A stretch of 64,000 bases of DNA from contig CAKPOE010000001.1 in the NCBI GenBank assembly GCA_934169745.1, forward strand, positions 200,856 through 264,855, read 5' to 3'. Under the pieces are notes generated by a model. The model saw nothing but the letters and a program-made list of their open reading frames with translations, was not told the DNA's origin and did no database searches. A program made the translations under genes and the position numbers. Of the stretch, positions 9,230 to 19,324 are shown piece after piece; the stretch's first letter is position 1, and each line of letters begins with the position of its first letter. This stretch comes from an uncultured Clostridia bacterium. Its GTDB lineage: Bacteria > Bacillota > Clostridia > TANB77 > UBA1234.

Positions 9230-10139
9230 ATGTATGAAAAAATTTTTTCTGAAATTCTTTCTTTTTTTCCACCTTCTTTAAATGATATTTTGAATGTTGA
9301 CAAATGTATATGGAACTTTGCTGAGGAACTTCGTATAAGAATTGGACAAGCTATTTCTATAAAATTACACGGTAGAGAAGTACGTCTTGACAATATAGTT
9401 AAACGGTAATGATATAATGAGGCTTCTCGAAAATTTTTCTAACAATTCTATTTACTCAGTACAGTCAGAAATTAACAACGGCTTTATTACAATAAAGGGT
9501 GGGCATAGGATTGGTATAGCAGGCACTTGCATTATAGAAAATGGAATTGTTAAGAACATAAAAAATATTTCTAGTTTAAATGTAAGGATTGCTAGAGAAG
9601 TGAAAGGGTGTAGCAATTTTATAATGGATTACATATTAAATGATAATACTTTTTCTAATACAATAATTATTTCGCCGCCAGGGTGTGGTAAAACAACTAT
9701 GCTCAGAGATATGATTAGGTGCCTAAGCGATGGATATAAAGACTTTCAAGGAAAGAATGTTGGTGTTGTTGACGAACGCTCAGAAATTGCAGCAATGTAT
9801 AAAGGAGTGCCACAAAATGATGTTGGAAAAAGAACGGATGTAATGAATAATTGTTTGAAACATATTGGGATAAGCATGCTTGTGAGAAGTATGGGGCCAC
9901 AAGTTATTGCGACTGATGAAGTTGGCGGAGAAAGAGATGAGGAAGCAATATATAATGCAATGTATTCGGGAGTGAAATTTTTGTTTACTGCTCATGGCGA
10001 GAAAATTGAGGATATTTCTAAAAATTTTATAAACGATAAAGTGTTTTCAAATATTATTATTTTAAAAAATAGTAATAAACCAGGTAGTGTAAAAAATATC
10101 TATAGATTGAAGGAGGAAAAATATGTTGCTTGTTATTAA
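9230..10139 (+). pseudogene. spoIIIAA: stage III sporulation protein AA (SpoIIIAA ATPase) interrupted by a +1 frameshift at ~9401
   Basis: The N-terminal part (EELRIRIGQ...REVRLDNIV, frame 2) terminates at 9409. The remainder (from ...NGNDIMRLLENFSNNSIYS..GGHRIGIAG..Walker A PPGCGKTTMLRD, frame 0) begins at 9402. Removing one A from the run gttAAAcgg at 9401-9403 restores a full-length SpoIIIAA colinear with B. subtilis. Confidence 0.8.
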
Positions 10140-10650
10140 ATTTTCAATATTGCTTGGAATATTGTGTGCTTCTACTTTAGTTGGGTATCTTATTTCAAAC
10201 AGATATTCAGGGAGAGTGAAGGAGCTCCAAGATATTATTACATCATTAGAACTATTTGAAACAAAAATAAATTATACGTATGATACAATCCCAGATTGTT
10301 TTAAGGCTATATCAGAATATATAGGCGGTTGTATTGGAAAAATTTTCAAAGAAACAGCTTCATGCTTGGAAAAACAAAATGATGTTTCAACAGGCGATTG
10401 CTTTAAAAATGTACTTGATAATGAACGTGTTCTTCTGAATTTAAATGATACAGATATAGAAATATTAAAAGGTCTCTCGGTTTCGTTAGGACAAATCGAT
10501 TTGGATAGTCAAATAAAAAATATTAGATTGGTTATACATACATTGAACTCACAACTAGAACAAGCAAAAGAAGAAAAATCAAAAAATTTCAAATTATATA
10601 GAAACATGGGAGTGTTAGCAGGTTTGGTTTTAATGATTGTTTTGATTTAG
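10123..10650 (+). CDS. spoIIIAB: stage III sporulation protein AB
   Basis: 175 aa, N-terminal TM, SpoIIIAB-like sequence, conserved operon position. Confidence 0.8.
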   Translation: MLLVIKFSILLGILCASTLVGYLISNRYSGRVKELQDIITSLELFETKINYTYDTIPDCFKAISEYIGGCIGKIFKETASCLEKQNDVSTGDCFKNVLDNERVLLNLNDTDIEILKGLSVSLGQIDLDSQIKNIRLVIHTLNSQLEQAKEEKSKNFKLYRNMGVLAGLVLMIVLI

Positions 10651-10660
10651 GAGGAGAAGT

Positions 10661-10855
10661 ATGGAAGTTCAATTACTTTTCAAAATAGCTGCCATTGGAA
10701 TATTAGTGGCAGTTTTGCATCAAGTACTAGTAAAGGCTGGCAGAGAGGATCAAGCGATGATGACTACTTTGACAGGTCTTGTTATTGTTCTTGCAATGGT
10801 TGTGAAAGAAATCAGTAATCTTTTTAATACTGTAAAGACTTTATTTAATCTTTAA
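10661..10855 (+). CDS. spoIIIAC: stage III sporulation protein AC
   Basis: 64 aa, 2-TM protein, operon position. Confidence 0.8.
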   Translation: MEVQLLFKIAAIGILVAVLHQVLVKAGREDQAMMTTLTGLVIVLAMVVKEISNLFNTVKTLFNL

Positions 10856-10866
10856 AAGGAGTACAT

Positions 10867-11253
10867 ATGGAAATTGTAAAAATAATTGGCGTTGCTTTCA
10901 TAGCAACGTTTATAATTGTTTTATTAAAACAGTACAAGCCTGAATTTGTAATACACGTTTCTATATTGGCGGGAATTATAATATTTGGAATGGTTGTATT
11001 TAAACTATCATCAATAATAGAGCTATTACAATCTCTTTCAAATAAACTTGGCGTAAATTCAAAGTTTTTTATGATACTTATAAAAATTACAGGGATAGCT
11101 TACTTGTCAGAGTTTGCTGTTAATGTCTGCAAAGATTCCGGAGAAACGGCAATAGCCTCTAAGGTTGAAGTGGCTGCTAAAATAATAATAATAGGAATGT
11201 CTATTCCGATAGTTGCAGCATTGTTGGAAACAATAATTAACATTTTGCCATAA
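10867..11253 (+). CDS. spoIIIAD: stage III sporulation protein AD
   Basis: 128 aa, 4-TM protein, operon position. Confidence 0.8.
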   Translation: MEIVKIIGVAFIATFIIVLLKQYKPEFVIHVSILAGIIIFGMVVFKLSSIIELLQSLSNKLGVNSKFFMILIKITGIAYLSEFAVNVCKDSGETAIASKVEVAAKIIIIGMSIPIVAALLETIINILP

Positions 11254-11264
11254 ATTGTGAGGGA

Positions 11265-12383
11265 GTGATATTTATTAAGAAACTTTTTTTAATCACGATA
11301 ATATTCCTTCTCTTATTTAATCAAACTTACGCGGTTGATCTAACAGAGTTTACTTCGGAAATAAAAAAATATAGTAATGAATATTTTCCGGAACTAAGTG
11401 ATGATAATTTGCTAACAGCAATGTCTAGTGCAAGTAATAGTTTGAATACAGAGACTTTTATAAAAAGAATTTTGGGTAGCATAACAAAAGAATTTAGAAA
11501 CAATATTTCACTTATATTTAAAGTTATAGGTATAGCTATTTTGTGTAGTATATTGAAAAACATTCAATCAAACTTAGGGGAGTCAGGAATAAGTGAAATA
11601 GCTTTTTATGTTTGTTACATACTAATTGTGGTTTTAATTATGACATCATTTACTAATATAATAAATGTTTGTAAATCAACTATAGTAAAGCTAAGTGACT
11701 TTATGAAAGTATTGATTCCAGTAGTTATAAGTTTAATGTTAGTTACAGGAAATATAGCAACAGTAGCTGTTGTGGAACCAATATTGTTATCAATGATTTC
11801 AGTAATTACAGCATTACTTTCTAATTTTGTAATACCTGCGATTTTTATATCAACTATTATAAACATTATTAGTAATATGTCAGAACATGTTAATGTAAAA
11901 AAGATTGGCGAAACACTTAGAAAATGTTCGCTTTGGTGTATGGAAATTGCTTTAATAATATTTGTGGGTGTCCTGTCGTTAGAAGGAACGTTATCTGCAA
12001 ATGTTGATGGAATAACGGCAAAAACTGCAAAAGCGGTGGTATCTAGTGCTGTACCTGTTGTTGGAAAACTTTTAGGAGATACAGTAGATAGTGTTATAGG
12101 AGGAATGACGATTACCAAAAATGCTTTGGGAACAGTTGGGGTAATTGTGGTTGTGGCGATTACAATTCTCCCTCTTATAAAAACTCTAATACTAATGTTT
12201 ACCTTCAATGTTGCATCAGCACTAGTGGAGCCGATAGCCGATGGAAGAATTGTAAAGTGTATGTCCGGAATAGGTGACTCTATAAAAATCTTGTTCGCTA
12301 TTATGGCTACGATTACTTTTCTTTTTATTATTGCAATAACACTTATAATTAAAGTTACTAATTTTTCGATTATGTATAGATAA
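11265..12383 (+). CDS. spoIIIAE: stage III sporulation protein AE
   Basis: 372 aa, signal peptide plus polytopic membrane domain, GTG start with RBS GAGGGAG. Confidence 0.8.
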   Translation: MIFIKKLFLITIIFLLLFNQTYAVDLTEFTSEIKKYSNEYFPELSDDNLLTAMSSASNSLNTETFIKRILGSITKEFRNNISLIFKVIGIAILCSILKNIQSNLGESGISEIAFYVCYILIVVLIMTSFTNIINVCKSTIVKLSDFMKVLIPVVISLMLVTGNIATVAVVEPILLSMISVITALLSNFVIPAIFISTIINIISNMSEHVNVKKIGETLRKCSLWCMEIALIIFVGVLSLEGTLSANVDGITAKTAKAVVSSAVPVVGKLLGDTVDSVIGGMTITKNALGTVGVIVVVAITILPLIKTLILMFTFNVASALVEPIADGRIVKCMSGIGDSIKILFAIMATITFLFIIAITLIIKVTNFSIMYR

Positions 12384-12394
12384 AAGGAGGTTCT

Positions 12395-12937
12395 ATGAAT
12401 CAGTTTGCCATGTCACTGGTGTCAAGTGTTGTCGCAATCACCCTTATTGAAATGATACTGCCTAGTAATAAAATAAAAAAATATGTAGTTTTTGTTTCAT
12501 CAATTGTATTGGTAATTGTTGTGATTAATCCGATAACAGCTATTTTAAATAAAAATATAGATATTGAAAGCATTTTAAAAGATAACGAAACATTTATTTT
12601 AAATAGTGAATATAAAAATAAAATGCAATATGCAAAAGAAAAAGATATGCAAGACACATATAATACATTTTTGAAAGATGACATTATTAGTAGAATGAAA
12701 GAAAATGGATATTTAGTGAGAAATATCTCGGTAAAAGTAGATAATAAAACATATGAGGTGACGGAAATGGAATTAGAAATTGAACATGATGATGGAAGTA
12801 TACAAAATGTTGTAATCGATGTTTCAGTTAGCGAGAATGGCAAAACAGAGAATGTAGAAGTTCCTAAAATAAAAGATTTACTCTGTGAAACATATGGCGT
12901 TGAGAAAAGCAATATTATAATAAATAAAATTAGTTAG
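12395..12937 (+). CDS. spoIIIAF: stage III sporulation protein AF
   Basis: 180 aa, 2 N-terminal TM helices plus soluble domain, operon position. Confidence 0.75.
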   Translation: MNQFAMSLVSSVVAITLIEMILPSNKIKKYVVFVSSIVLVIVVINPITAILNKNIDIESILKDNETFILNSEYKNKMQYAKEKDMQDTYNTFLKDDIISRMKENGYLVRNISVKVDNKTYEVTEMELEIEHDDGSIQNVVIDVSVSENGKTENVEVPKIKDLLCETYGVEKSNIIINKIS

Positions 12938-12947
12938 GAGGCTAACT

Positions 12948-13509
12948 ATGAATAAGCTGATAGAAAAATTTGGTTTTGGTAATCAAAAAAGATTAATTGA
13001 AAATATAGTAATATTTATAATACTACTTGTCATACTTATGATAGTGATAAATGGTTTTGGAACAGTTGAGGAAAAAAGTGAAACTATTCCAACAGCCATA
13101 ATTAATGAAAACAAAAAAACAGATGATTTAGAGGAAAAGTTAGAAAAGATACTTAGCATGATTGACGGAGTGCGGAAAAGCAAATGTAATGATATCGTAT
13201 GCTTCTACAATCACAGAAGTTCCACTTTATGATACAAAGGAAAACGTGACAGTTACTGAGGAAAAAGATAAAGAAGGTGGTACAAGGAAAACAGAACAAA
13301 CAAGCAAAGAAAAAAGCGTTATATTTGAGGAAAATAATAATTCAAAATCTCTTGCTATAAAAGAAAAAGAAATGCCTAAAATCGTTGGCGTAATTGTTGT
13401 TGCAGACGGTGCGGGTAACATTAAGGTGAAAGAATGTATAATAAATGCTGTTTCGGCTGTGGTTGATGTACCTTCGCACCGAATACAAGTATTTTCAAAA
13501 CAAAAATAA
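12948..13509 (+). pseudogene. spoIIIAG: stage III sporulation protein AG (SpoIIIAG ring protein) interrupted by a +1 frameshift at ~13176-13179
   Basis: The N-terminal TM part is in frame 0 to ...SMIDGVRK. The C-terminal ring domain (ANVMISYASTITEV...KEGGTRK...GVIVVADGAGNIKVKECIINAVSAVVDVPSHRIQVF) is in frame 1. Deleting one A from ggAAAAg (13176-13179) fuses them into a protein colinear with B. subtilis SpoIIIAG. Confidence 0.8.
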
Positions 13510-13522
13510 TGGAGGTATTTAT

Positions 13523-14092
13523 ATGGGAGGAATTACATTTAAGGTTATAAAGAAAAATCAAATTTTGATTGTAGCAGTTTCGTTAATGCTTGTCGTTGCT
13601 GGATACTTGAACTATCAATATGATCCTAATTCTGTATATGATGTTGAACTAACAGGGATAATTGAAGATCCAGGAGACGCAATATATGTAAGTACTCCAA
13701 ACGTCGAAACCAACATTGATGCTTTAGAAGTTTCAAGCAATTCTGTTGAAGACTATTTTATACAAAGTAAGATAGAAAGAACAAACGCATATGCCGAACA
13801 AGTTGAAATATATGAAAAAATGATTGAAAATCCAAGTGTTGCTGAAGAACAGAAAAATATAGCACAGGAGCAAATAAGAAAAATAAATAGCGAAAGGGAT
13901 GCAATAATAATATCGGAAAATTTGATAAAACTTAAAGGGTATGAAAATATTTTGGTTATGGTAAATGATAATAGCATAAATGTAGTGATACAGGAAAAAG
14001 AATTAACAAGTAAACAAATAGCTCAAATCCAAAATATAGTAATGCATGAATTCGATACAGATGTTGAGAAAATACATATAACAGTAAAATAA
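13523..14092 (+). CDS. spoIIIAH: stage III sporulation protein AH
   Basis: Start MGGITFKV with RBS GGAGG. N-terminal TM. C-terminal ...LIKLKGYENILVMVNDNSINVVIQ... matches SpoIIIAH (YscJ/FliF-like domain). Confidence 0.8.
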   Translation: MGGITFKVIKKNQILIVAVSLMLVVAGYLNYQYDPNSVYDVELTGIIEDPGDAIYVSTPNVETNIDALEVSSNSVEDYFIQSKIERTNAYAEQVEIYEKMIENPSVAEEQKNIAQEQIRKINSERDAIIISENLIKLKGYENILVMVNDNSINVVIQEKELTSKQIAQIQNIVMHEFDTDVEKIHITVK

Positions 14093-14160
14093 GTATTGCT
14101 TTTTGTTTTTAGGTATGATACATATAAGTTGAAAATATATTTATAGGAGGTAGGCTTGCA

Positions 14161-14667
14161 ATGGCTACAAGGCAGGAAGAACGGTATCCTGGTGTAAATC
14201 ATGTAAGTGATTTACGGCGTTTCCTTAGGGGAAAAGTCCGGCACATGAATGAGCTTTTGGCCACTTGTAAGGCTAAAGATGAAAAGAAGGTCAAAAGCTA
14301 CATTTCGATGGTGACCGAGATTTTGGCACTTGACTACTTTAAGAAAGACATCAATGTTTACACGTTGATGAAGTGCCTTAAAGCAGAAACCTTTGACATC
14401 GATGAAACTTCTAATGTTATCAAGGAAGAGATCAAAGAACTTGATAGACAGATAGAAGAAAAGCAAATGGAGCTTTGTGAAGAAGAATACTTAATTCCTG
14501 ACGAGCAAAAAGATTTCTTGGAAGCTCGGAGGCATTCTGTAGCAGCTCTTAGGTTGAAGAGATATCAACTTGATGAATATCTCCATTGCTTGGGAAGAGA
14601 GAAAAATTTGCTTCATAATCTCAAAGGTATCATCTGTAGGCCGGAAGGATTCTTTAGTAAGCTGTAA
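14161..14667 (+). CDS. orphan hypothetical protein with atypical (GC-richer) codon usage
   Basis: 168 aa, highly charged and predicted helical, no recognisable motif. ~40-45% GC versus ~30% for flanking genes. Good RBS TAGGAGGTAG. Confidence 0.5.
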   Translation: MATRQEERYPGVNHVSDLRRFLRGKVRHMNELLATCKAKDEKKVKSYISMVTEILALDYFKKDINVYTLMKCLKAETFDIDETSNVIKEEIKELDRQIEEKQMELCEEEYLIPDEQKDFLEARRHSVAALRLKRYQLDEYLHCLGREKNLLHNLKGIICRPEGFFSKL

Positions 14668-14680
14668 CCTACCATATAAA

Positions 14681-14712
14681 ACTCTAGCGCTAATGTGCTA
14701 GAGTTTTTTTGA
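14681..14712 (+). terminator. rho-independent terminator
   Basis: ctctagcgc-taatgt-gctagag followed by TTTTTTT. Confidence 0.65.
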
Positions 14713-14735
14713 AACAATTACAGCACAGACAAAAG

Positions 14736-14809
14736 AATGAACAACTTTCTGGCAGCCACTTTTTCGTTCAAAAATGAACGATTTTCCGGCAGCCACTTTT
14801 TCGTTCATT
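14736..14809 (+). repeat. tandem direct repeat, 2 x 37 nt (aaTGAACnnyTTTCyGGCAGCCACTTTTTCGTTCAww)
   Basis: Units 14736-14772 and 14773-14809 are ~86% identical. Each unit is bounded by the inverted hexamers tgaacg/cgttca and can fold as a hairpin. Confidence 0.7.
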
Positions 14810-14917
14810 TTTTCATCGGTGTACAATCAGTTACAAGCGTTGTAGGGCGCGGACACTGTACCGCGCCAACTGACTGAAAAAGGCAAATAAATTACTGTAA
14901 GTGCAACAAACTCTGTA

Positions 14918-14948
14918 GGTGTCGCTGAAGGCAGCGACACCTACAAGT
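14918..14948 (+). other. perfect 13-bp GC-rich hairpin (gtaggtgtcgctg-aagg-cagcgacacctac); a second 7-bp GC hairpin lies at 14847-14870
   Basis: Read directly from sequence. Neither hairpin is followed by a U-tract, so they are not classic terminators. Confidence 0.6.
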
Positions 14949-15037
14949 CTTCAACTCTGATTACTATAGGTTGCTGATTTTAATAAAATTAAATTCAAAT
15001 TAAAATTCTCGAATTCCAGCAAAAATGCAAAAAAGGC

Positions 15038-15066
15038 TTGTAATTGCTGCTATACCGTGATATAAT
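15038..15066 (+). promoter_or_regulatory. putative sigma-A promoter of rpsB-tsf (TTGTAA-17-TATAAT)
   Basis: Sequence match and spacing; located ~125 nt upstream of rpsB. Confidence 0.4.
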
Positions 15067-15191
15067 AACGCAGTGTGTAAACACAAATCCACATGCGATT
15101 CTAGTAGAATGCCGTGTGCCTCTAAGTATAGAGGTGGTTTTCTATATTGATGGGTTGCAGAGGAAAAACAAAAAACAAGGAGGAATTTTAA

Positions 15192-15923
15192 ATGTCAGTA
15201 GTTGCTATGAAACAATTATTGGAAGCAGGTGTTCATTTTGGACATCAAACAAGAAGATGGGATCCTAGAATGGCTCCATATATCTTCACACAAAGAAACG
15301 GAATCTATATAATAGATTTACAAAAAACTTGCAAAAAGATCGATGAAGCATATGCAGAATTAAAGAAAATCATCGATGAAGGAAAGACTGTTATCTTTGT
15401 TGGAACAAAGAAACAAGCTCAAGAATGCGTTAAAGAAGAAGCTGAAAGATGTGGTATGTACTACGTAAACGAAAGATGGTTAGGTGGTATGCTTACAAAC
15501 TTCAATACAATGCGTACAAGAGTTAACAGACTTAAACAATTAGAAGCTATGGAAACAGATGGAACATTCGATGTTCTTCCAAAGAAAGAAGTAGCTGAAT
15601 TAAAGAAGGAAAGAGAAAAGTTAGAGAAAAACTTAGGTGGAGTTAAAGAAATGACAGAGCTTCCAGGAGCTATGTTTGTTGTAGATCCTAAGAAGGAAAG
15701 AATTGCTATACTAGAAGCAAAGAAATTAGGAATTCCAGTATTTGGACTAGTTGATACAAACTGTAATCCAGAAGACGTTGATTACGTTATCCCTGGAAAT
15801 GATGATGCTATAAGAGCTATTAAATTGATTATTGAAGCTATGGCAAACGCAGTTATTGAATCAAAACAAGGTGAATCTTTAGAAAAAGCTGAAGCCGAAG
15901 AAGAAGAAACTGTACAAGAATAA
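15192..15923 (+). CDS. rpsB: 30S ribosomal protein S2
   Basis: 243 aa; [25 protein letters not shown] is the universal S2 N-terminus. Confidence 0.95.
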   Translation: MSVVAMKQLLEAGVHFGHQTRRWDPRMAPYIFTQRNGIYIIDLQKTCKKIDEAYAELKKIIDEGKTVIFVGTKKQAQECVKEEAERCGMYYVNERWLGGMLTNFNTMRTRVNRLKQLEAMETDGTFDVLPKKEVAELKKEREKLEKNLGGVKEMTELPGAMFVVDPKKERIAILEAKKLGIPVFGLVDTNCNPEDVDYVIPGNDDAIRAIKLIIEAMANAVIESKQGESLEKAEAEEEETVQE

Positions 15924-15974
15924 GCTATAGAAGAATGTAAATAAAATCCAAAATATTTAAGGGGGAAATATAGT

Positions 15975-16622
15975 ATGATATCTGCAGGACAAGTAAAGGA
16001 ACTTAGAGAAATGACAGGCGCTGGAATGATGGAGTGCAAAAAAGTTCTTGAGGAAACAGACGGAAATATGGAGAAAGCAACTGAACTATTAAGAGAAAGA
16101 GGCGTTGTAAAAGCTGCTAAAAAAGCTGGTAGAATTGCTGCTGAAGGTTTAGTTGATAGTTATATACATGGTGATGGTAGAATTGGAGTTTTAGTAGAAG
16201 TTAATATTGAAACAGACTTTGCTGCTAAAAATCCAGAATTCAGAGAATTCGTAAAAGATGTTGCGATGCAAATTGCTGCTGCAAAACCAGAGTATGTAAA
16301 GAAAGAAGACGTTCCAGAAGATGTTCTTGAAAAAGAAAAAGAAGTAATCAAGGCTCAAGCTATGAATGAAGGCAAGCCAGCTGAAATTGCTGAAAAGATG
16401 GTTGCTGGAAGAATTGAAAAATACTATAAAGAAGTTTGCTTGTTAGAGCAAGAATTCGTTAAGAATCCAGATATTACAATTGGTCAATTGTTAACAGAAA
16501 AAATTGCTAACATTGGTGAAAATATAACAATTAGAAGATTTGTAAGATTTGAAAGAGGAGAAGGTCTTCAAAAGAAAGAAGAAAACTTCGCTGAAGAAGT
16601 AATGAAACAAATGAATGGCTAA
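15975..16622 (+). CDS. tsf: elongation factor Ts
   Basis: 215 aa; [24 protein letters not shown] is the EF-Ts UBA-like N-terminus. Confidence 0.95.
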   Translation: MISAGQVKELREMTGAGMMECKKVLEETDGNMEKATELLRERGVVKAAKKAGRIAAEGLVDSYIHGDGRIGVLVEVNIETDFAAKNPEFREFVKDVAMQIAAAKPEYVKKEDVPEDVLEKEKEVIKAQAMNEGKPAEIAEKMVAGRIEKYYKEVCLLEQEFVKNPDITIGQLLTEKIANIGENITIRRFVRFERGEGLQKKEENFAEEVMKQMNG

Positions 16623-16631
16623 AATAAAATG

Positions 16632-16660
16632 AGCGTCCTGAAGAAGGACGCTTTTTTGTT
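16632..16660 (+). terminator. rho-independent terminator of rpsB-tsf
   Basis: agcgtcc-tgaagaa-ggacgct followed by TTTTTTGTTT. Confidence 0.7.
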
Positions 16661-16745
16661 TAATAGGAAAGTGATAAAAATGCATAAAAATGCATAAATC
16701 GGTACAATATATTCTTGAGCAAATTTATATGTAAGGGGGATGAAT

Positions 16746-16946
16746 ATGAAAGTTTTAAACGCAATTGTTCTTACTCTAATTATAATTGGTGGAATCAATT
16801 GGGGACTAATTGGATTATTTAATTACAATTTAGTTGCTGAGCTTTTTGGTGCTGCTAGTTGGTTTACTAAACTTGTATATATATTAGTAGGAGTATCTGG
16901 TTTATGGGCTATTGCATTTTATGGAAAAAATAAAGATAGAACATAA
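16746..16946 (+). CDS. DUF378-family small membrane protein
   Basis: 2-TM protein with GGINWGLIGLF motif characteristic of DUF378 (YuzA-like). Terminator at 16946-16990. Confidence 0.6.
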   Translation: MKVLNAIVLTLIIIGGINWGLIGLFNYNLVAELFGAASWFTKLVYILVGVSGLWAIAFYGKNKDRT

Positions 16947-17165
16947 GGATTGTTGGGATAAGCGGTCGAGAGACCGCTTTGTTTTTTTGAAAAACAAGAT
17001 AATAAACTTGTTGCATTGCTGTATTTTGCTGAAAAACGGAATGATAATAGAGACAAATGAAATAAATTGTATGGAAATGATTGAAATAAGAAACTATGTA
17101 TGGTTTAATTATTGTAGGTAAGAGAAATGTTCAATGTTAATTTATAAAATAAGGAGGAAGCGTTA

Positions 17166-17816
17166 ATGAAAAATATTAAAACATTATGTTGTGGATTAAC
17201 TGCGGGAATAATTATTGGAGGTTTAACAGTTGCTGGCGCAAATCAAGCAATACAAGTTATGCAAAATGATCAAATCAAAATTAAATTAAATGGCGAAGTG
17301 CAAATATTTAGGGATGAAATAACAGGCGAAATTCAGTATCCGATTACATATCACGACAGAACTTATTTGCCAATGAGAAATGTTGCACAATTATCAGGGT
17401 TAAGTGTTGAATGGGACGAAGAGAATAATACAGCAGAACTAAATAAAAATTTTGACGTAGTACTTACGGAGGACCAATTTGGTGTTAGAGATGTTTTTTA
17501 TTTTAAGGATTATTTATGTACGTTGTATACAGCACCATGGGGGCAAGTTCAATCTGATCTTAATTTGGTTGATTCAAATGGCAGTGTGAAAAAGTTTGGT
17601 GTTTATTATGACGAAGTTAACAGAGAGTTTTTATGCAAAACTGATGGTGATAGACTTTTAGTTACAGAATATAAATATGACGGACAAGATAATTCGCATG
17701 GAGGAATGGCAAAATATCATCGTAGAGATTACGAAATTGTATACAAAAATGGACAGTTAAGTGAAAATACGATAAAAGAGGATTTAACAGATGTAAAATT
17801 TGATGCGTCTACGTAA
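17166..17816 (+). CDS. secreted protein with copper-amine-oxidase N-terminal-like (stalk) domain
   Basis: Signal peptide. RTYLPMRNVAQLSGLSVEWDEENNTAEL matches the Cu_amine_oxidN1 fold motif. Confidence 0.5.
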   Translation: MKNIKTLCCGLTAGIIIGGLTVAGANQAIQVMQNDQIKIKLNGEVQIFRDEITGEIQYPITYHDRTYLPMRNVAQLSGLSVEWDEENNTAELNKNFDVVLTEDQFGVRDVFYFKDYLCTLYTAPWGQVQSDLNLVDSNGSVKKFGVYYDEVNREFLCKTDGDRLLVTEYKYDGQDNSHGGMAKYHRRDYEIVYKNGQLSENTIKEDLTDVKFDAST

Positions 17817-18020
17817 ATTATGATAAGATAACCTGTGGAAAGGGCATAGCCTCGACTGCAGGTTTATTTTTATGGTCATATATTTGCATACTTTTATTGA
17901 AAATGAATACCTTAAAGTGAAGAGATATATGGTTTAACTAAAATTAAAGTGAAATTTTGAAAAAAATGTTTATTTATTGCCTGATTTATGATATATATAT
18001 CAAGAAGGAGGAGGTATTTT

Positions 18021-18728
18021 ATGCCCAAACCAAAATATAAAAGAATATTATTAAAATTGAGTGGAGAAGCTTTAGCAGGAGAAAGAGGTTTCGGAATTGA
18101 TGCTCCAACACTTGGAAAAGTATGCGATAGTATTAAAAAAGTTGCTGACATGGGAGTAGAAATTGCTATTGTAATTGGAGGAGGAAACTTCTGGAGAGGT
18201 CGCAAAGCTGAAGATATGGAGAGAACGACAGCTGATTATATGGGAATGCTTGCTACTATAATGAATGGTCAAGCACTTCAGGATGCACTTGAGTACAGAG
18301 GACTAGATACTAGGCTTCAAACCTCGATAGAAATGAGACAGATAGCAGAACTATACATACGTAGAAAAGCTGTTAGGCATTTGGAGAAAGGCAGAGTTGT
18401 TATCTTTGCAGGAGGAACGGGTAATCCATTTTTCTCGACTGATACTTGTGCTGCACTTAGAGCAACTGAGATAAATGCTGAAATTATCTTATTTGGAAAA
18501 ACAATTGATGGTGTTTATGATTCTGATCCAAAAGAGAACCCAAATGCTAAAAAGTATGATGAAATATCATATACAGAAATTCTTAAAAATAATTTGAAGG
18601 TAATGGATTCGACAGCTGCTTCTTTATGTAGGGATAATCATGTAGAAACTATGATTTTTGCTTTATCTGATTCAGAAAATATTATAAAAGCAGTATGTGG
18701 AGAGCATATAGGTACATTTGTAAAATAA
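18021..18728 (+). CDS. pyrH: UMP kinase
   Basis: Start [18 protein letters not shown] with RBS GGAGGAGG. PyrH motifs [10 protein letters not shown] are present. Confidence 0.93.
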   Translation: MPKPKYKRILLKLSGEALAGERGFGIDAPTLGKVCDSIKKVADMGVEIAIVIGGGNFWRGRKAEDMERTTADYMGMLATIMNGQALQDALEYRGLDTRLQTSIEMRQIAELYIRRKAVRHLEKGRVVIFAGGTGNPFFSTDTCAALRATEINAEIILFGKTIDGVYDSDPKENPNAKKYDEISYTEILKNNLKVMDSTAASLCRDNHVETMIFALSDSENIIKAVCGEHIGTFVK

Positions 18729-18762
18729 TATTATAAATAAATTTTAAAAGGAGAGAAAGTTA

Positions 18763-19308
18763 ATGTATACACAAATCGAAGAAAAAATGAAAAAAACTTT
18801 AAACGTTTTAGATGAACAATTAGCAAGCGTGAGAGCAGGAAGAGCTAATCCAAAAATTTTGGATAAAATATTAGTTGATTATTATGGAGCTCCAACGCCA
18901 ATAAATCAATTGGCAAATATTATGGTTCCTGAAGCAAGGATGATAGCTATTCAACCTTGGGATGCTAGTGTTTTAAAAGAAGTAGAAAAGGCAATCCAAA
19001 AATCTGATATAGGAATAAATCCAAACAATGATGGAAAAATAATTAGACTTGTATTTCCAGAATTGACAGAGGAAAGAAGAAAAGAACTTGTAAAAGATAT
19101 AAAGAAACTTGCAGAGGACAGCAAGGTTGCAATAAGAAGTATTCGTCGTGATGGAATAGAAGAATTTAAAGCAAAGCAAAAAGCAAATGAGATTACAGAA
19201 GATGATTTGCATACAGCTGAAGAACAAATTCAAAAACTTACTGATAAATATACTGGTATGATAGATAATGCGTATAGTGAAAAAGAGAAAGAAATAATGT
19301 CTATATAA
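18763..19308 (+). CDS. frr: ribosome recycling factor
   Basis: 181 aa; [15 protein letters not shown]... is canonical Frr. Confidence 0.93.
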   Translation: MYTQIEEKMKKTLNVLDEQLASVRAGRANPKILDKILVDYYGAPTPINQLANIMVPEARMIAIQPWDASVLKEVEKAIQKSDIGINPNNDGKIIRLVFPELTEERRKELVKDIKKLAEDSKVAIRSIRRDGIEEFKAKQKANEITEDDLHTAEEQIQKLTDKYTGMIDNAYSEKEKEIMSI

Positions 19309-19324
19309 GGAGAGTGTATTTCGT

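Noticed and set aside
14736-14809. CRISPR array
   Set aside because: There are only two 37-nt units that directly abut each other with no spacers, and no cas genes nearby. It is a tandem repeat rather than CRISPR.
15044-15268. 74-aa ORF overlapping the rpsB start
   Set aside because: It spans the rpsB promoter/5'UTR in another frame and has no RBS, so it is spurious.
16912-17121. 69-aa ORF after the DUF378 gene
   Set aside because: It starts inside the upstream terminator and has no RBS or conservation signal.
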